The notes: a model not told the origin generated them from the letters alone. Shown: positions 35,889-45,670, counted from the first letter of the stretch. The stretch is 64,000 bases of DNA from Dokdonia sp. (GCA_020630915.1 JAHDIF010000010.1:30210-94209); one strand, 5' to 3'. Numbers and translations: made by a program.

Positions 35889-37019
35889 ATGGGAATTTTT
35901 GATAAAATAAAAGAAAAACTCTCTCACGAGTTTATAGATATCGTAGAGTGGCTAGACTATACAGATGATACTATTGCGCATCGTTTTGAACGCTACCAGA
36001 ATGAAATTAAAAACGGGGCAAAGCTTATCGTTAGAGAAGGGCAAACAGCAGTATTCGTAAATGAAGGACAGCTGGCAGATGTTTTTACGCCAGGAACGTA
36101 TGATTTAACAACTCAAAATCTACCGATACTTTCTACACTTAAAGGATGGAAGTATGGGTTTAATAGTCCGTTTAAGGCTGAGGTGTATTTTGTAAATACA
36201 CACCTTTTTACAGATGAAAAATGGGGTACTAAGAATCCGATTACTTTAAGTGATGAACGTTTTGGGTTGGTAGAGATACGGGCTTTTGGAACCTATGCTT
36301 TTAAAATTGCAGATGCAGGGAAGTTTATTGTAGACATTGTAGGAACCGATAATAACTTTACCAATTTTGAGATCAATGAGCATCTTAAAAGTTTGATCGC
36401 CACCCGTTTTACAGATACCGTAGGAGAAGCAAACCTGCCGATAGAATTGTACGCGGCAAACACCTCTGAGCTTTCGGAAACATGTCAAGAGGTGATGCAA
36501 CCAGAATTTATGTCTGTAGGGATCTCGCTAGAGAAATTTTATATAGAGAATGTATCTATGCCAGAAGATCTCAAGAAAGAAATCTTTGAGTACAGTCGTA
36601 TTGATAAACTCGATTTAGATAAGCTTACCAAATTCAAAACTGCTAAGGCAATTGAAGCTGCCGCTGCAAATGAAGGCGGTACCGCTGGAGCGGGAATGGG
36701 AATGGGAATGGGCTTTGTGCTCGCACAACAAATGGGAGGTTTAATGAATCCGCAAATGGGTGGGCAGCAATCATTCCCTAATCAAGCAGCAGCTCTACCG
36801 CCACCTATGCCTGCTGCTGCTCAATATTTTTATGCAGTCAACGGTGCGCAGCAAGGTCCAGTAAGTTTTGATCAACTTAAGGCATTGTTTGCAAATAGAA
36901 CTGTAAACAGGGAGAGCTTAATCTGGAAACAAGGAATGGCTGGATGGACAGCGCTCCAAGAAGTGGCAGAGCTACAGTCATTTTTAGGAGGCAGTACGCC
37001 ACCACCGCTTCCAGCGTAG
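35889..37019 (+). CDS. SPFH-domain protein (YdjI-like) with C-terminal GYF_2-like domain
   Basis: LIVREGQ.AVF, WGTKNPI, RAFGTY, GMGMGMG; QQGPVSF...LIWKQGM..W. Confidence 0.85.
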   Translation: MGIFDKIKEKLSHEFIDIVEWLDYTDDTIAHRFERYQNEIKNGAKLIVREGQTAVFVNEGQLADVFTPGTYDLTTQNLPILSTLKGWKYGFNSPFKAEVYFVNTHLFTDEKWGTKNPITLSDERFGLVEIRAFGTYAFKIADAGKFIVDIVGTDNNFTNFEINEHLKSLIATRFTDTVGEANLPIELYAANTSELSETCQEVMQPEFMSVGISLEKFYIENVSMPEDLKKEIFEYSRIDKLDLDKLTKFKTAKAIEAAAANEGGTAGAGMGMGMGFVLAQQMGGLMNPQMGGQQSFPNQAAALPPPMPAAAQYFYAVNGAQQGPVSFDQLKALFANRTVNRESLIWKQGMAGWTALQEVAELQSFLGGSTPPPLPA

Positions 37020-37076
37020 TCTGTTCTATTTTTAGTTTATCTGTTGTAAAATCAATCTTACAGTTACCAGGGTTAC

Positions 37077-37090
37077 GCTTTCGCGAAAGC
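37077..37090. repeat. Iterated palindrome, intergenic, with extended imperfect arms (ggtta...taacc)
   Basis: Exact core. Confidence 0.95.
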
Positions 37091-37128
37091 GCTAACCTTG
37101 ATATTTATATTTTTTAGAAGTACTATAA

Positions 37129-38241
37129 ATGTCTGAAACTCCAGTACAAAAAACCGAGCTTAAGAAAGCATGCATCAATTGTGGTGCAGAGCTCAAATAT
37201 AAGCCTGGCACAACTTCTATTACTTGCGAGTATTGTGGGCATCAAGAAAAGATTTCACTTGAGACAAGCAGGTTTGAAGAGTTAGAGCTATACCCATATC
37301 TGGAGCAGATGGGAGATCAAAAGAATAGTGAGCAAATCTCAATGCTTCATTGTAAAAACTGCGGAGCAAACCAGCACGTAGAGGAGAATTATAAATCGCT
37401 GCATTGTGTGTATTGCAGTATGCCATTAATTCTAGAAGATGCACGCAAAGAAGACTGGATACTGCCCGGTGCAGTACTTCCTTTTCAGATAGATCAAAAA
37501 AAGTCGTTTCAGATATTTCAGAAATGGGTAGCTAGCTTATGGTGGGCACCTAATAAACTTAAGAAAGCTTCATTAGATCCTCAATTTACAAAAGGGCTCT
37601 ACTTGCCATATTGGACTTTTGATGCAAAACTATCTGCAGATTATACAGGACAGCGAGGAGAGTATTATTATGTGTCTGAAACCTATCGTGACAGTAAAGG
37701 AAATACCCGTACCCGTCAAGTTAGAAAGACCCGCTGGTATCCGGCTTCTGGTAGCGTTTCTGGTTTTGTAGACGACACCTTAATAAAGGCTTCTAAACAG
37801 CGAGCAGGACGCGTGCCTTCTAAAATTGCACGGTGGAACCTTAAAAGACTACAACCCTTTAATAGCGGGTTTCTTTCTGGTTTTGTTACAGAAAAATATA
37901 CTGTACCGCTTAAAGAAGGTCACACCAGTTCTAAAGAAGTGGCAAGACAACACGCTACTACTTGGGCAGCCCGAGATATAGGAGGTGACACACAACGTGT
38001 GAGTAGTATTGATATGAGACTTTCAGAGGAAACCTTCAAGCATATTTTACTGCCTGTGTATGTAAGTGCATATCGTTATAATGGCAAGGAGTATAACTTT
38101 TTTGTGAATGGCGAGACCGGTGCACTCTCTGGAAAACGCCCTTACTCCTTTTGGAAGATCTTTTTTGCTGTACTTGCAGCCATCATCGTTATAGCAATTA
38201 TAGGAGTATTAGCCAGTTATGGTGAAAGTGCTAGAGGCTAA
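37129..38241 (+). CDS. Double zinc-ribbon membrane protein (uncharacterised family)
   Basis: CINCG...CEYCG and CKNCG...CVYC, C-terminal TM helix; no helicase motifs. Confidence 0.75.
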   Translation: MSETPVQKTELKKACINCGAELKYKPGTTSITCEYCGHQEKISLETSRFEELELYPYLEQMGDQKNSEQISMLHCKNCGANQHVEENYKSLHCVYCSMPLILEDARKEDWILPGAVLPFQIDQKKSFQIFQKWVASLWWAPNKLKKASLDPQFTKGLYLPYWTFDAKLSADYTGQRGEYYYVSETYRDSKGNTRTRQVRKTRWYPASGSVSGFVDDTLIKASKQRAGRVPSKIARWNLKRLQPFNSGFLSGFVTEKYTVPLKEGHTSSKEVARQHATTWAARDIGGDTQRVSSIDMRLSEETFKHILLPVYVSAYRYNGKEYNFFVNGETGALSGKRPYSFWKIFFAVLAAIIVIAIIGVLASYGESARG

Positions 38242-38270
38242 ATTTATTTTTGCTTAAAGCGAAAAAATAA

Positions 38271-38310
38271 AAAAGCCCACATATTCTAAAGTAGAGATAT
38301 GTGGGCTTTC
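38271..38310. terminator. Probable bidirectional terminator
   Basis: aaagcccacatat / atatgtgggcttt 13-bp stem between convergent genes. Confidence 0.78.
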
Positions 38311-38331
38311 TTTATGAAATGGTTATAGTGT

Positions 38332-38904
38332 TTACGCTTTACCGTAATCGTGTTCGTCCTGCCATTTTTTTAATTCAGACCATTTGCCTTGTGCAGCCAT
38401 CTCAGCCTGCATAGGCCAAGTATCAGGACGGTGAATTTCAAAACGTTTTCCACCACTATTTAATACTTCCTGGCATTTATCTACTGAGGTAGCTCCAAGT
38501 TTTGCCCAAGTATTAATATCAAAATTGTGAAATAGTTCTTTAATCTTTGGTCCAATTCCTTCAACAACCGTAAGATCATCTTCTTTAATTTTTTTACCGA
38601 AGGCTGCCTTTGCAGCATCTGCATTAAATACAATCCCTGTAGGTGCTGTAGCGACTGCTCCAGCAGCAAAACTACTCGCCATACTAGCGGTGCTACTTGC
38701 AGCAGTTGGGGCAGCTTTAAGCTTTCCTTGGCAAGCGTCAAGATCTGATTGTAACTGTGCTGTTCTGCGCTTGCACGCATCAAGCTCAGCACTGTAGTCA
38801 TCTCCACTGCCTCCAGTGAGACGTCCTAAGAGATATCCTAGTATTGCAGAGATTAGACCTACTAATAAAGGTATTAACCAGCAAGGTATATTTGAAAAAT
38901 CCAT
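38332..38904 (-). CDS. Membrane-anchored protein with helix-hairpin-helix (DUF4332-like) domain
   Basis: N-terminal TM, short coiled coil, DDLTVVEGIGPKI motif. Confidence 0.7.
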   Translation of the reverse strand: MDFSNIPCWLIPLLVGLISAILGYLLGRLTGGSGDDYSAELDACKRRTAQLQSDLDACQGKLKAAPTAASSTASMASSFAAGAVATAPTGIVFNADAAKAAFGKKIKEDDLTVVEGIGPKIKELFHNFDINTWAKLGATSVDKCQEVLNSGGKRFEIHRPDTWPMQAEMAAQGKWSELKKWQDEHDYGKA

Positions 38905-38927
38905 ATTAATTATTTTAAAGTTTAGTA

Positions 38928-39863
38928 TTAGTTTAAGGTGACGACACTGCGTCTGTTTTGTGCTCTTCCTTCTTCGGTTGCGTTGTCTGCAACAGGCTCT
39001 GTATCTCCTTTTGAAGAAGTTTGTAATTGAGTCTCAGAGATTCCATTTCGTTTAAAATAGCCTTTGGCAAATTCTGCTCTTTTTAACCCTAGAGATACAT
39101 GAGCCTCGGGATTTCCAGTATTATCTGTATGTCCCACAATAGAGGCACTAGAACCACTTACGTGATCTAAATATCTGCTAATGTCTGCTACCTTTTGACG
39201 TTGTTCTGCCGTTAACGAGATACTTGCTTGCGCTGTGTTAAAGTTTAGAACGAGCGGGTTTGCATTGATACGAGCTTTGAGCGCGGCCATTTCTTCGGCA
39301 TCACCATTTTCATTTTCATAAGCTCCTATTTTAAATGCTACCGGCCCTTTATAGATGGTATCGTCTGCAACTAGAGAATCCAATAATTCTCCATAAGTAT
39401 TAATTTTGGCAGAAGGCATCCCTTTAGAAACAAAGTAGTTTTTAACTGCATTTGCACGTGCTAGTCCAAGATTAGGAAATGCAGAGGTGTTATCTTCATC
39501 TGTATCATAGTATCCCGTGATGTCCAGATACTTGGCCTTGTTTTCATTGTCATTAAAATAGGCCTGTAATTTTCCAATACCTTCATCTATTGATCCAGCA
39601 ATAGGGGTAATCGGATTAAAACCAGAAATTTTGAAGTCAAAATTTTCCGGAATGGAAAAATTTAATTTTCCATTTGGATCTGCAATAGCTAGTGCCATAG
39701 AGGTCGGTCTAGGTGCTACTACTTCTTGTGATTGATTATCTTGATCACTCATAACGTTATTATCTGATGTGACTCCAGAGCCGCAACAGAAAAACCACAT
39801 TAAAAGCATGCCAATAATAATCGTAAGGAAAATACCTAATAGGTATCCAGTTTTCTTACTCAT
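38928..39863 (-). CDS. OmpA family protein with two OmpA-like domains
   Basis: NLGLARANAVK and GHTDNTG...GLKRA...SKGDTEP...NRR motifs; N-terminal anchor. Confidence 0.88.
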   Translation of the reverse strand: MSKKTGYLLGIFLTIIIGMLLMWFFCCGSGVTSDNNVMSDQDNQSQEVVAPRPTSMALAIADPNGKLNFSIPENFDFKISGFNPITPIAGSIDEGIGKLQAYFNDNENKAKYLDITGYYDTDEDNTSAFPNLGLARANAVKNYFVSKGMPSAKINTYGELLDSLVADDTIYKGPVAFKIGAYENENGDAEEMAALKARINANPLVLNFNTAQASISLTAEQRQKVADISRYLDHVSGSSASIVGHTDNTGNPEAHVSLGLKRAEFAKGYFKRNGISETQLQTSSKGDTEPVADNATEEGRAQNRRSVVTLN

Positions 39864-40006
39864 GTTGGTTAGTTTTATGTTAAAAATCTATTAAATTTAA
39901 GCAAAAAGAATAAGAAGTCCTTTTTTTGATCAAAATTGCCTCCATTTGTGTAGTTGATCGGTAAAATGAAGGGATTTAGGTATTTTTACAAAAGATTCAG
40001 ACAATA

Positions 40007-40039
40007 AAAAGACCCTATCGACAAGAGATAGGGTCTTTT
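40007..40039. terminator. Intrinsic terminator downstream of the ALDH gene
   Basis: aaaagaccctatc / gatagggtctttt stem. Confidence 0.78.
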
Positions 40040-40064
40040 ATATAATCTATTTATTCCGTTAGGT

Positions 40065-41618
40065 TTATAAATCAAATTTGATTCCTTGGGCTAATGGTAA
40101 TTCCGTAGTGTAGTTTATTGTGTTAGTTTGACGGCGCATGTACACTTTCCAAGCATCAGATCCAGATTCGCGACCTCCTCCAGTATCTTTTTCTCCTCCA
40201 AAGGCACCACCTATCTCTGCTCCAGAAGTTCCAATATTTACATTTGCAATACCACAATCAGATCCTGCGTGGCTTAAGAATCTCTCAGCCTCACGAAGGT
40301 TGTTAGTCATAATAGCAGATGATAATCCTTGTGCAACGCCGTTCTGAAGTTCTAATGCATTTTCTACATCGCCGTTGTATTTTAGTAAGTATAACACTGG
40401 CGCAAATGTCTCGTGCTGTACAATTTCAAAATCATTACTCGCTTCTGCAATGGCGGGTTTTACATAGCAACCACTTTCATAACCTTCTCCCGAAAGAACA
40501 CCGCCTTCTACAACAATATTTCCACCTTCGGCAACTACTCTTTCTAGTGCTTTCTGGTATCCTGCAACCGCATTTGTATCTATTAATGGCCCCACGTGAT
40601 TGTTTTCATCAAGAGGATTCCCAATACGTAGTTGCTTGTAAGCATCTACGATAGCATTTTTTACTTTGTCATACATAGATTCGTGTATGATGAGACGACG
40701 TGTTGAAGTACATCTTTGTCCAGCTGTTCCTACAGCTCCAAAAACAGCACCTATTACCGTCATCTTAATATCTGCATCTGGAGTTACAATAATGGCATTG
40801 TTTCCTCCTAGTTCAAGCAGTGATTTCCCAAGACGCTCTCCTACAGTTGCGGCTACTATTTTACCCATACGAGTAGATCCTGTGGCAGAGATAAGAGGCA
40901 CGCGTTTATCCGTAGTCATCATTTCACCTACTTTATAACCCCCATTAATTAAACAAGAGATACCTTCTGGCATATCATTGTTTTTAAGAACTTCTGCAAT
41001 AATATTCTGGCAAGCTACTCCACAAAGAGGTGTTTTTTCTGATGGTTTCCAAACACATACATCTCCACAGATCCAGGCCAAAGCTGTATTCCAGGCCCAA
41101 ACAGCTACTGGAAAGTTAAAAGCAGAAATGATGCCTACTACTCCTAGTGGGTGGTATTGCTCATACATACGATGTCCTGGACGCTCAGAATGCATAGTAA
41201 GACCGTGTAACTGGCGAGAAAGTCCTACAGCAAAGTCACAAATATCTATCATCTCTTGCACCTCACCCAAACCTTCTTGATAGGATTTGCCCATCTCGTA
41301 AGAAACGAGTTTTCCTAAGGGTTCTTTTACTTCACGAAGTTTTTCTCCAAACTGACGCACAATTTCTCCACGAAGTGGTGCAGGCATTGTTCTAAAGTCT
41401 TTAAAAGCACTCGTTGCTGCACTCATTACTTTTTCATAATCTGCCTGAGTGGTCGTTTTTACTTTTCCTATTAATTTTCCGTCTACTGGAGAGTATGATT
41501 CTATAACATCTCCACTTCCAAAGTTATTTTGACCCGTAGAAGTACCGTCATTTACATCTTTAAGACCAAGAATTCTCATTGCTTCGTCCATTCCAAAATC
41601 TGTTGCTACTGCACTCAT
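40065..41618 (-). CDS. Aldehyde dehydrogenase, ALDH7 type (piperideine-6-carboxylate / aminoadipate-semialdehyde dehydrogenase-like)
   Basis: SAFNFP, ATGST, LELGGNN, AGQRCT, ETFAP, GEKDTGGGRESGSDAW. Confidence 0.92.
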   Translation of the reverse strand: MSAVATDFGMDEAMRILGLKDVNDGTSTGQNNFGSGDVIESYSPVDGKLIGKVKTTTQADYEKVMSAATSAFKDFRTMPAPLRGEIVRQFGEKLREVKEPLGKLVSYEMGKSYQEGLGEVQEMIDICDFAVGLSRQLHGLTMHSERPGHRMYEQYHPLGVVGIISAFNFPVAVWAWNTALAWICGDVCVWKPSEKTPLCGVACQNIIAEVLKNNDMPEGISCLINGGYKVGEMMTTDKRVPLISATGSTRMGKIVAATVGERLGKSLLELGGNNAIIVTPDADIKMTVIGAVFGAVGTAGQRCTSTRRLIIHESMYDKVKNAIVDAYKQLRIGNPLDENNHVGPLIDTNAVAGYQKALERVVAEGGNIVVEGGVLSGEGYESGCYVKPAIAEASNDFEIVQHETFAPVLYLLKYNGDVENALELQNGVAQGLSSAIMTNNLREAERFLSHAGSDCGIANVNIGTSGAEIGGAFGGEKDTGGGRESGSDAWKVYMRRQTNTINYTTELPLAQGIKFDL

Positions 41619-41730
41619 TTTGCGTTGTTTTTTGTTTAAAGAAATCGTTTGCGAAGATACAGATTCTTAAAGGGTACAAAAAGAAAAGGACCTCGTTTTT
41701 ACAGAGCCCCTTTTTATAGTGTAGTGGTTC

Positions 41731-41744
41731 GCTTTCGCGAAAGC
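41731..41744. repeat. Iterated palindrome, intergenic
   Basis: Exact match 10 nt past the nbaC stop. Confidence 0.95.
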
Positions 41745-41753
41745 TTATATACA

Positions 41754-42293
41754 CTATTCCTCCGTCGTAAAACGTTCATCTACGGGCATTACGGTACCGC
41801 AGTTAGAACAGGTGAGCTTTTCTGGATCTCCATAAAAGTCTTTAAAGTGACCAAGAAAGTCTTTCTCTACATCATGAAGTTTAAAATATACCTCGTGTAA
41901 CCTGTTATTACAAGTATCACAAAACCACAACAATCCGTCTGTTCCTTCCAGATCTATTCTTTTACGTTCTATCACAAGGCCTATGGAGTTTTCAAAACGT
42001 ACCGGAGAATGTGGTATACCAGCAGGATGTAGGTACATGTCGCCTGGGCCCAACTTCATTGTACGTTTTTTACCGTTTTCTTGTATGTGAACCTCTATCT
42101 GACCTTCTAGTTGATAAAAAAGTTCTTCGGTCTCATTATAATGATAATCTTTGCGAGCGTTGGGACCTCCTACAATCATAACAATATAATCGCCGGCGTC
42201 TTTATACAAATTCTTATTGCCCACTGGAGGTTTAAGAAGTTCTCGATTTTCTTCTACCCATTGTGTTAAGTTAAAGGGAGGTGCTATTGCCAT
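41754..42293 (-). CDS. nbaC: 3-hydroxyanthranilate 3,4-dioxygenase
   Basis: LKPPVGNK, GGPNARKDYH, HSP, WFC..C and C..CG rubredoxin-like site. Confidence 0.93.
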   Translation of the reverse strand: MAIAPPFNLTQWVEENRELLKPPVGNKNLYKDAGDYIVMIVGGPNARKDYHYNETEELFYQLEGQIEVHIQENGKKRTMKLGPGDMYLHPAGIPHSPVRFENSIGLVIERKRIDLEGTDGLLWFCDTCNNRLHEVYFKLHDVEKDFLGHFKDFYGDPEKLTCSNCGTVMPVDERFTTEE

Positions 42294-42330
42294 AACTAAA
42301 GTATTTGTTTAAAAATACGATAATAAAAAT

Positions 42331-42358
42331 ACCCTGCCAAGGAGACCTTGAGCAGGGT
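42331..42358. terminator. Terminator-like hairpin downstream of the CAP gene
   Basis: accctgc-caagg / ccttg-a-gcagggt. Confidence 0.55.
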
Positions 42359-42381
42359 TTAAACCAATTATGGTTTGGGGC

Positions 42382-42882
42382 TTATTGTTCTACAAATAAT
42401 TGTGTGTAGTATTTTATTCCTACTTCATTAGATACTACAGCGATTCCTGTATGTGTAAAGTTTTCTGCTTCTAATGCTTCTTTATGAGAAGGGCTAGCTA
42501 GCCATCCGTTCAAAACACTTTGTGCGCTTATGTAGCCATATGCTACGTTTTCACTTACGTCTTCTGCACCTCGGTTGATCAAGTAGTCAGATCTGAAAAG
42601 GAAATTGTCATGACTTGCTTCGTTCTGTTCTGCCATGTAGGCAGAATGACTTAAAGCAAGCGTTTCTGAAGTTTGGTGATCATTTAAAGGAGAAAGACCA
42701 AGACTGGACCTGTGCTCATTTACGGCTTCAAGAATTTCTTGAACCATCGCGTGATCATTTTGTACGCCTACTGGAGCAGTTAAATTTGCAGTAGGCTCCT
42801 TGTTTTCCTCAACTTCTGGGCTACAGCCCACAAGGAGTACTAATGCCACTAAGGCACTTAAACTTAAGTTAATCAATTTCAT
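42382..42882 (-). CDS. CAP/SCP domain lipoprotein
   Basis: Lipobox LVGC; VNEHRSSLGL, HSAYM, ENVAYG, WLASPSH; start at MKLINL. Confidence 0.88.
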   Translation of the reverse strand: MKLINLSLSALVALVLLVGCSPEVEENKEPTANLTAPVGVQNDHAMVQEILEAVNEHRSSLGLSPLNDHQTSETLALSHSAYMAEQNEASHDNFLFRSDYLINRGAEDVSENVAYGYISAQSVLNGWLASPSHKEALEAENFTHTGIAVVSNEVGIKYYTQLFVEQ

Positions 42883-42918
42883 AATTTGGGGTTTATGAGT
42901 GTCCAATATAAAAACTTT

Positions 42919-43020
42919 ATGTATTTAAACGATGAAAAAATGTATTTAATCGATGAAATACACAAATTCTTACAACAAAATTACAAGAATGATTATTTTG
43001 ATGAGATTTTTATCGACGAA
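42919..43020. promoter_or_regulatory. Phased direct repeats (21-bp period), candidate LytTR-type operator
   Basis: ATGTATTTAAACGATGAAA / ATGTATTTAATCGATGAAA plus an in-phase partial copy 63 bp further. Confidence 0.55.
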
Positions 43021-43072
43021 GTGCAGGTTTGAATCTTTAAAATTCTGTTTATCTTCGTTCAAAAGAAAAAGA

Positions 43073-44140
43073 ATGAAGAGTTTTGGGTCTATTTGGGTAA
43101 TTGTACTATCGTGTGTCTTTTATTCTTGTGTCGAGAAGGAGCCAGAAGTTGAAACGTCAAGATCTGTTGACACAGAAAATTTTGGCTTGGTCATACACGG
43201 AGGAGCAGGAACAATTCTTAAGGAGAACATGAATGATTCTCTAGAAACTGCATATAAAGAGAAACTGGAAGAGGCCATACGTGCGGGACATAACATTCTA
43301 GAAAAAGGAGGAACAAGTATGGAGGCTGTAACGGCAGCAATCAATATTATGGAGGATAGTCCTTTGTTTAATGCAGGGAAAGGAGCGGTGTTTACAAATC
43401 AAGAGACTAATGAACTTGATGCCTCTGTTATGGACGGGAAAACGCTCAATGCCGGCGCGGTATCTGGCGTAACCACGATAAAAAATCCAATCGATCTTGC
43501 CGTTGCGGTCATGGATAAGTCAGAACACGTGATGCTTTCTGGTGGTGGAGCAGAGCAGTTTGCCCAAGAGCAAGGAATACAACAAGTAGACCCCTCTTAT
43601 TTTTATACGCAGAGAAGGTTTAATTCCTTACAGCGAGCAAAGAAAAGAGAAACGATAGAACTCGATCACGATGGGGATATAAAAAAGACCACTTTTATAA
43701 ATGATCCTTTTATAAAAGATACAATATTTGGAACCGTAGGTTGTGCTGCCTTGGATAAATATGGTAATCTGGCTGCAGGGACTTCTACTGGCGGTATGAC
43801 AAACAAAAAGTATAATAGAATAGGTGATGCACCTATTATAGGTGCAGGAACCTACGCAAATAATGCAACATGTGCTGTAAGTAGTACAGGTTGGGGCGAG
43901 TACTTTATACGAGCCATGGTTGCCCACGATATTTCAGCACTTATGGAATATAAAGGTATGAGCCTTCAAGAAGCGGCAACAGAGGTTATCCAGAAAAAAC
44001 TTAAAAACTTAGGAGGAACTGGTGGAATTATAGCAATAGATCACGATGGTGAGGTTGCTTTAGAATTCAATACGGCGGGTATGTATCGCGCTCATATGAA
44101 CAAAGATGGAGAAATAACTATTAAGATTTACAAAGAATAA
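43073..44140 (+). CDS. iaaA: Isoaspartyl peptidase/L-asparaginase (Ntn hydrolase), lipoprotein
   Basis: HGGAG, FNAGKG, GTVG nucleophile, TSTGG, RIGDAP; start reassigned to MKSFGS. Confidence 0.92.
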   Translation: MKSFGSIWVIVLSCVFYSCVEKEPEVETSRSVDTENFGLVIHGGAGTILKENMNDSLETAYKEKLEEAIRAGHNILEKGGTSMEAVTAAINIMEDSPLFNAGKGAVFTNQETNELDASVMDGKTLNAGAVSGVTTIKNPIDLAVAVMDKSEHVMLSGGGAEQFAQEQGIQQVDPSYFYTQRRFNSLQRAKKRETIELDHDGDIKKTTFINDPFIKDTIFGTVGCAALDKYGNLAAGTSTGGMTNKKYNRIGDAPIIGAGTYANNATCAVSSTGWGEYFIRAMVAHDISALMEYKGMSLQEAATEVIQKKLKNLGGTGGIIAIDHDGEVALEFNTAGMYRAHMNKDGEITIKIYKE

Positions 44141-44141
44141 G

Positions 44142-44495
44142 ATGGATAAAAGTTGTCCAGAATGCGGAGATAAGATTATAGGTCGCGCAGATAAAAAATT
44201 CTGTAGTGACGGTTGTCGTAATAGTTATAACAATAAGTTTAATAAAGACAGCAAGAACCTTGTAAGAACTATTAATAATAGATTGCGTAGGAACTATAGG
44301 ATTTTAAACGCCTTAAATCCGCAGGAAAAGACAAAGACCACTAAACAAAAATTGTCTACTGCAGGTTTTGACTTTAATTACTTCACAAGTATTTACACCA
44401 CAAAAGCTGGGACGGTTTATTATTTTGTGTACGATCAAGGATACTTGCCGCTGGAAGGTGACTTCTATGCGCTGGTTAAAAGAAAAACTGACTAA
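44142..44495 (+). CDS. Zinc-ribbon hypothetical protein (DUF2116-like)
   Basis: CPECG...GRADKKFCSDGCR. Confidence 0.75.
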   Translation: MDKSCPECGDKIIGRADKKFCSDGCRNSYNNKFNKDSKNLVRTINNRLRRNYRILNALNPQEKTKTTKQKLSTAGFDFNYFTSIYTTKAGTVYYFVYDQGYLPLEGDFYALVKRKTD

Positions 44496-44541
44496 TACTG
44501 TTTTCCTTCCTTTGCTGGTAGGCAGGCACCAAAGCTTACAC

Positions 44542-45069
44542 ATGAAAACATTTGCAGAAACAGAGCATCTCATTTTAAGAGAGATTGTGATTGAAGATAC
44601 AGGAGATCTTTTTCGCCTAGATAGTGATCCTTTGGTACATAAATATTTAGGTAACAAACCTATAAAGTGTTTAGGAAAGGCACGAACTTATATAGATTAT
44701 ATAAGGATGCAGTATGAAAAATATGGCATAGGTCGCTGGGCCGCCATCGAAAAATCTTCCGGAGATTGGATAGGATGGACAGGGCTTAAAATGAATTTTG
44801 AAGAAGAAATGAATGGACATATCAACTACTATGATATTGGATATCGCTTTATACCAAAATATTGGGGTAAAGGATATGCTACGGAATCTTCTATTGCTGC
44901 TAGGGATTATTTCTTTGAAAACTTCAAGGGCGAAAAACTTTGCGGACTAGCAGAGGTTGATAATAAGGCGTCATGCCGTGTTTTGGAAAAAATAGGACTC
45001 AAACAAAAGGAAGATTTTCTTTACGAAAAAGAAAACGTGATGATCCGATGGTTTGATTTAGAGCAATAA
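44542..45069 (+). CDS. GNAT family N-acetyltransferase (RimJ/RimL-like)
   Basis: ETEHLILRE, IGWTGL, DIGYRF...WGKGYATE, N.AS..VLEKIG; start at ATG 44542. Confidence 0.88.
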   Translation: MKTFAETEHLILREIVIEDTGDLFRLDSDPLVHKYLGNKPIKCLGKARTYIDYIRMQYEKYGIGRWAAIEKSSGDWIGWTGLKMNFEEEMNGHINYYDIGYRFIPKYWGKGYATESSIAARDYFFENFKGEKLCGLAEVDNKASCRVLEKIGLKQKEDFLYEKENVMIRWFDLEQ

Positions 45070-45074
45070 ATTGC

Positions 45075-45539
45075 TTATTTCCAAGTGTGACCATTGAGTT
45101 TAAGAGCCGCTTTTAAGACGTCTTTCTGACTAATTTGGCCTACTAATTTTCCGTTTTCTATAATGGGAAAACGTCTTCTTTTTGAGTTTACAAATTTATT
45201 GGCGGCATCAAACACGTTCATATTACCGTCTATAGTTTCTACTTCTTGTGCCATATGTTTTTCAACAATCATATCTTCCATGGGCATGTTATAATACCGA
45301 CTCTCAGAAATCTGTTTCATACAGTCGCCTTCTGAAATAATACCTAACAACTCGTTTTTTTCATTTATAACAGGACCTCCAGAAATTTTGTTTTTTATGA
45401 GGGTATTCATCACTTCGAGTACAGATTGTTCTGGTCTAAAAGTAACGAGCTTTGTCGTCATATAATCACTTACTTTAATATCTGTAGATTGTCCTTTAGT
45501 GGGCTTTGCGCGACGTCCTGTAAAACTCTTGATAGCCAT
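45075..45539 (-). CDS. CBS domain protein
   Basis: VSDYMT, ISGGPV, GIISEGD, RRFPI. Confidence 0.9.
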   Translation of the reverse strand: MAIKSFTGRRAKPTKGQSTDIKVSDYMTTKLVTFRPEQSVLEVMNTLIKNKISGGPVINEKNELLGIISEGDCMKQISESRYYNMPMEDMIVEKHMAQEVETIDGNMNVFDAANKFVNSKRRRFPIIENGKLVGQISQKDVLKAALKLNGHTWK

Positions 45540-45607
45540 AATGTATTGTTTTTAAGTGATTAAGTTCTTTTAAAGTTACTAAATAATATGGAGAAGTTGC
45601 TGGTTTT

Positions 45608-45621
45608 GCTTTCGCGAAAGC
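45608..45621. repeat. Iterated palindrome in a divergent promoter region
   Basis: Exact match. Confidence 0.95.
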
Positions 45622-45670
45622 GTAAACCACACCAAAAATTGTATTTTAGGAGAAATAAACCAACCGCTTT

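Noticed and set aside
31484-37076. Palindrome-free gaps (also 49316-56311) as proof of horizontal transfer
   Set aside because: With about 3.4-kb mean spacing, gaps of 5-7 kb are plausible by chance
37129-38241. Helicase/PriA assignment for the zinc-ribbon protein
   Set aside because: No Walker A/B or helicase motifs; only the zinc ribbons resemble PriA
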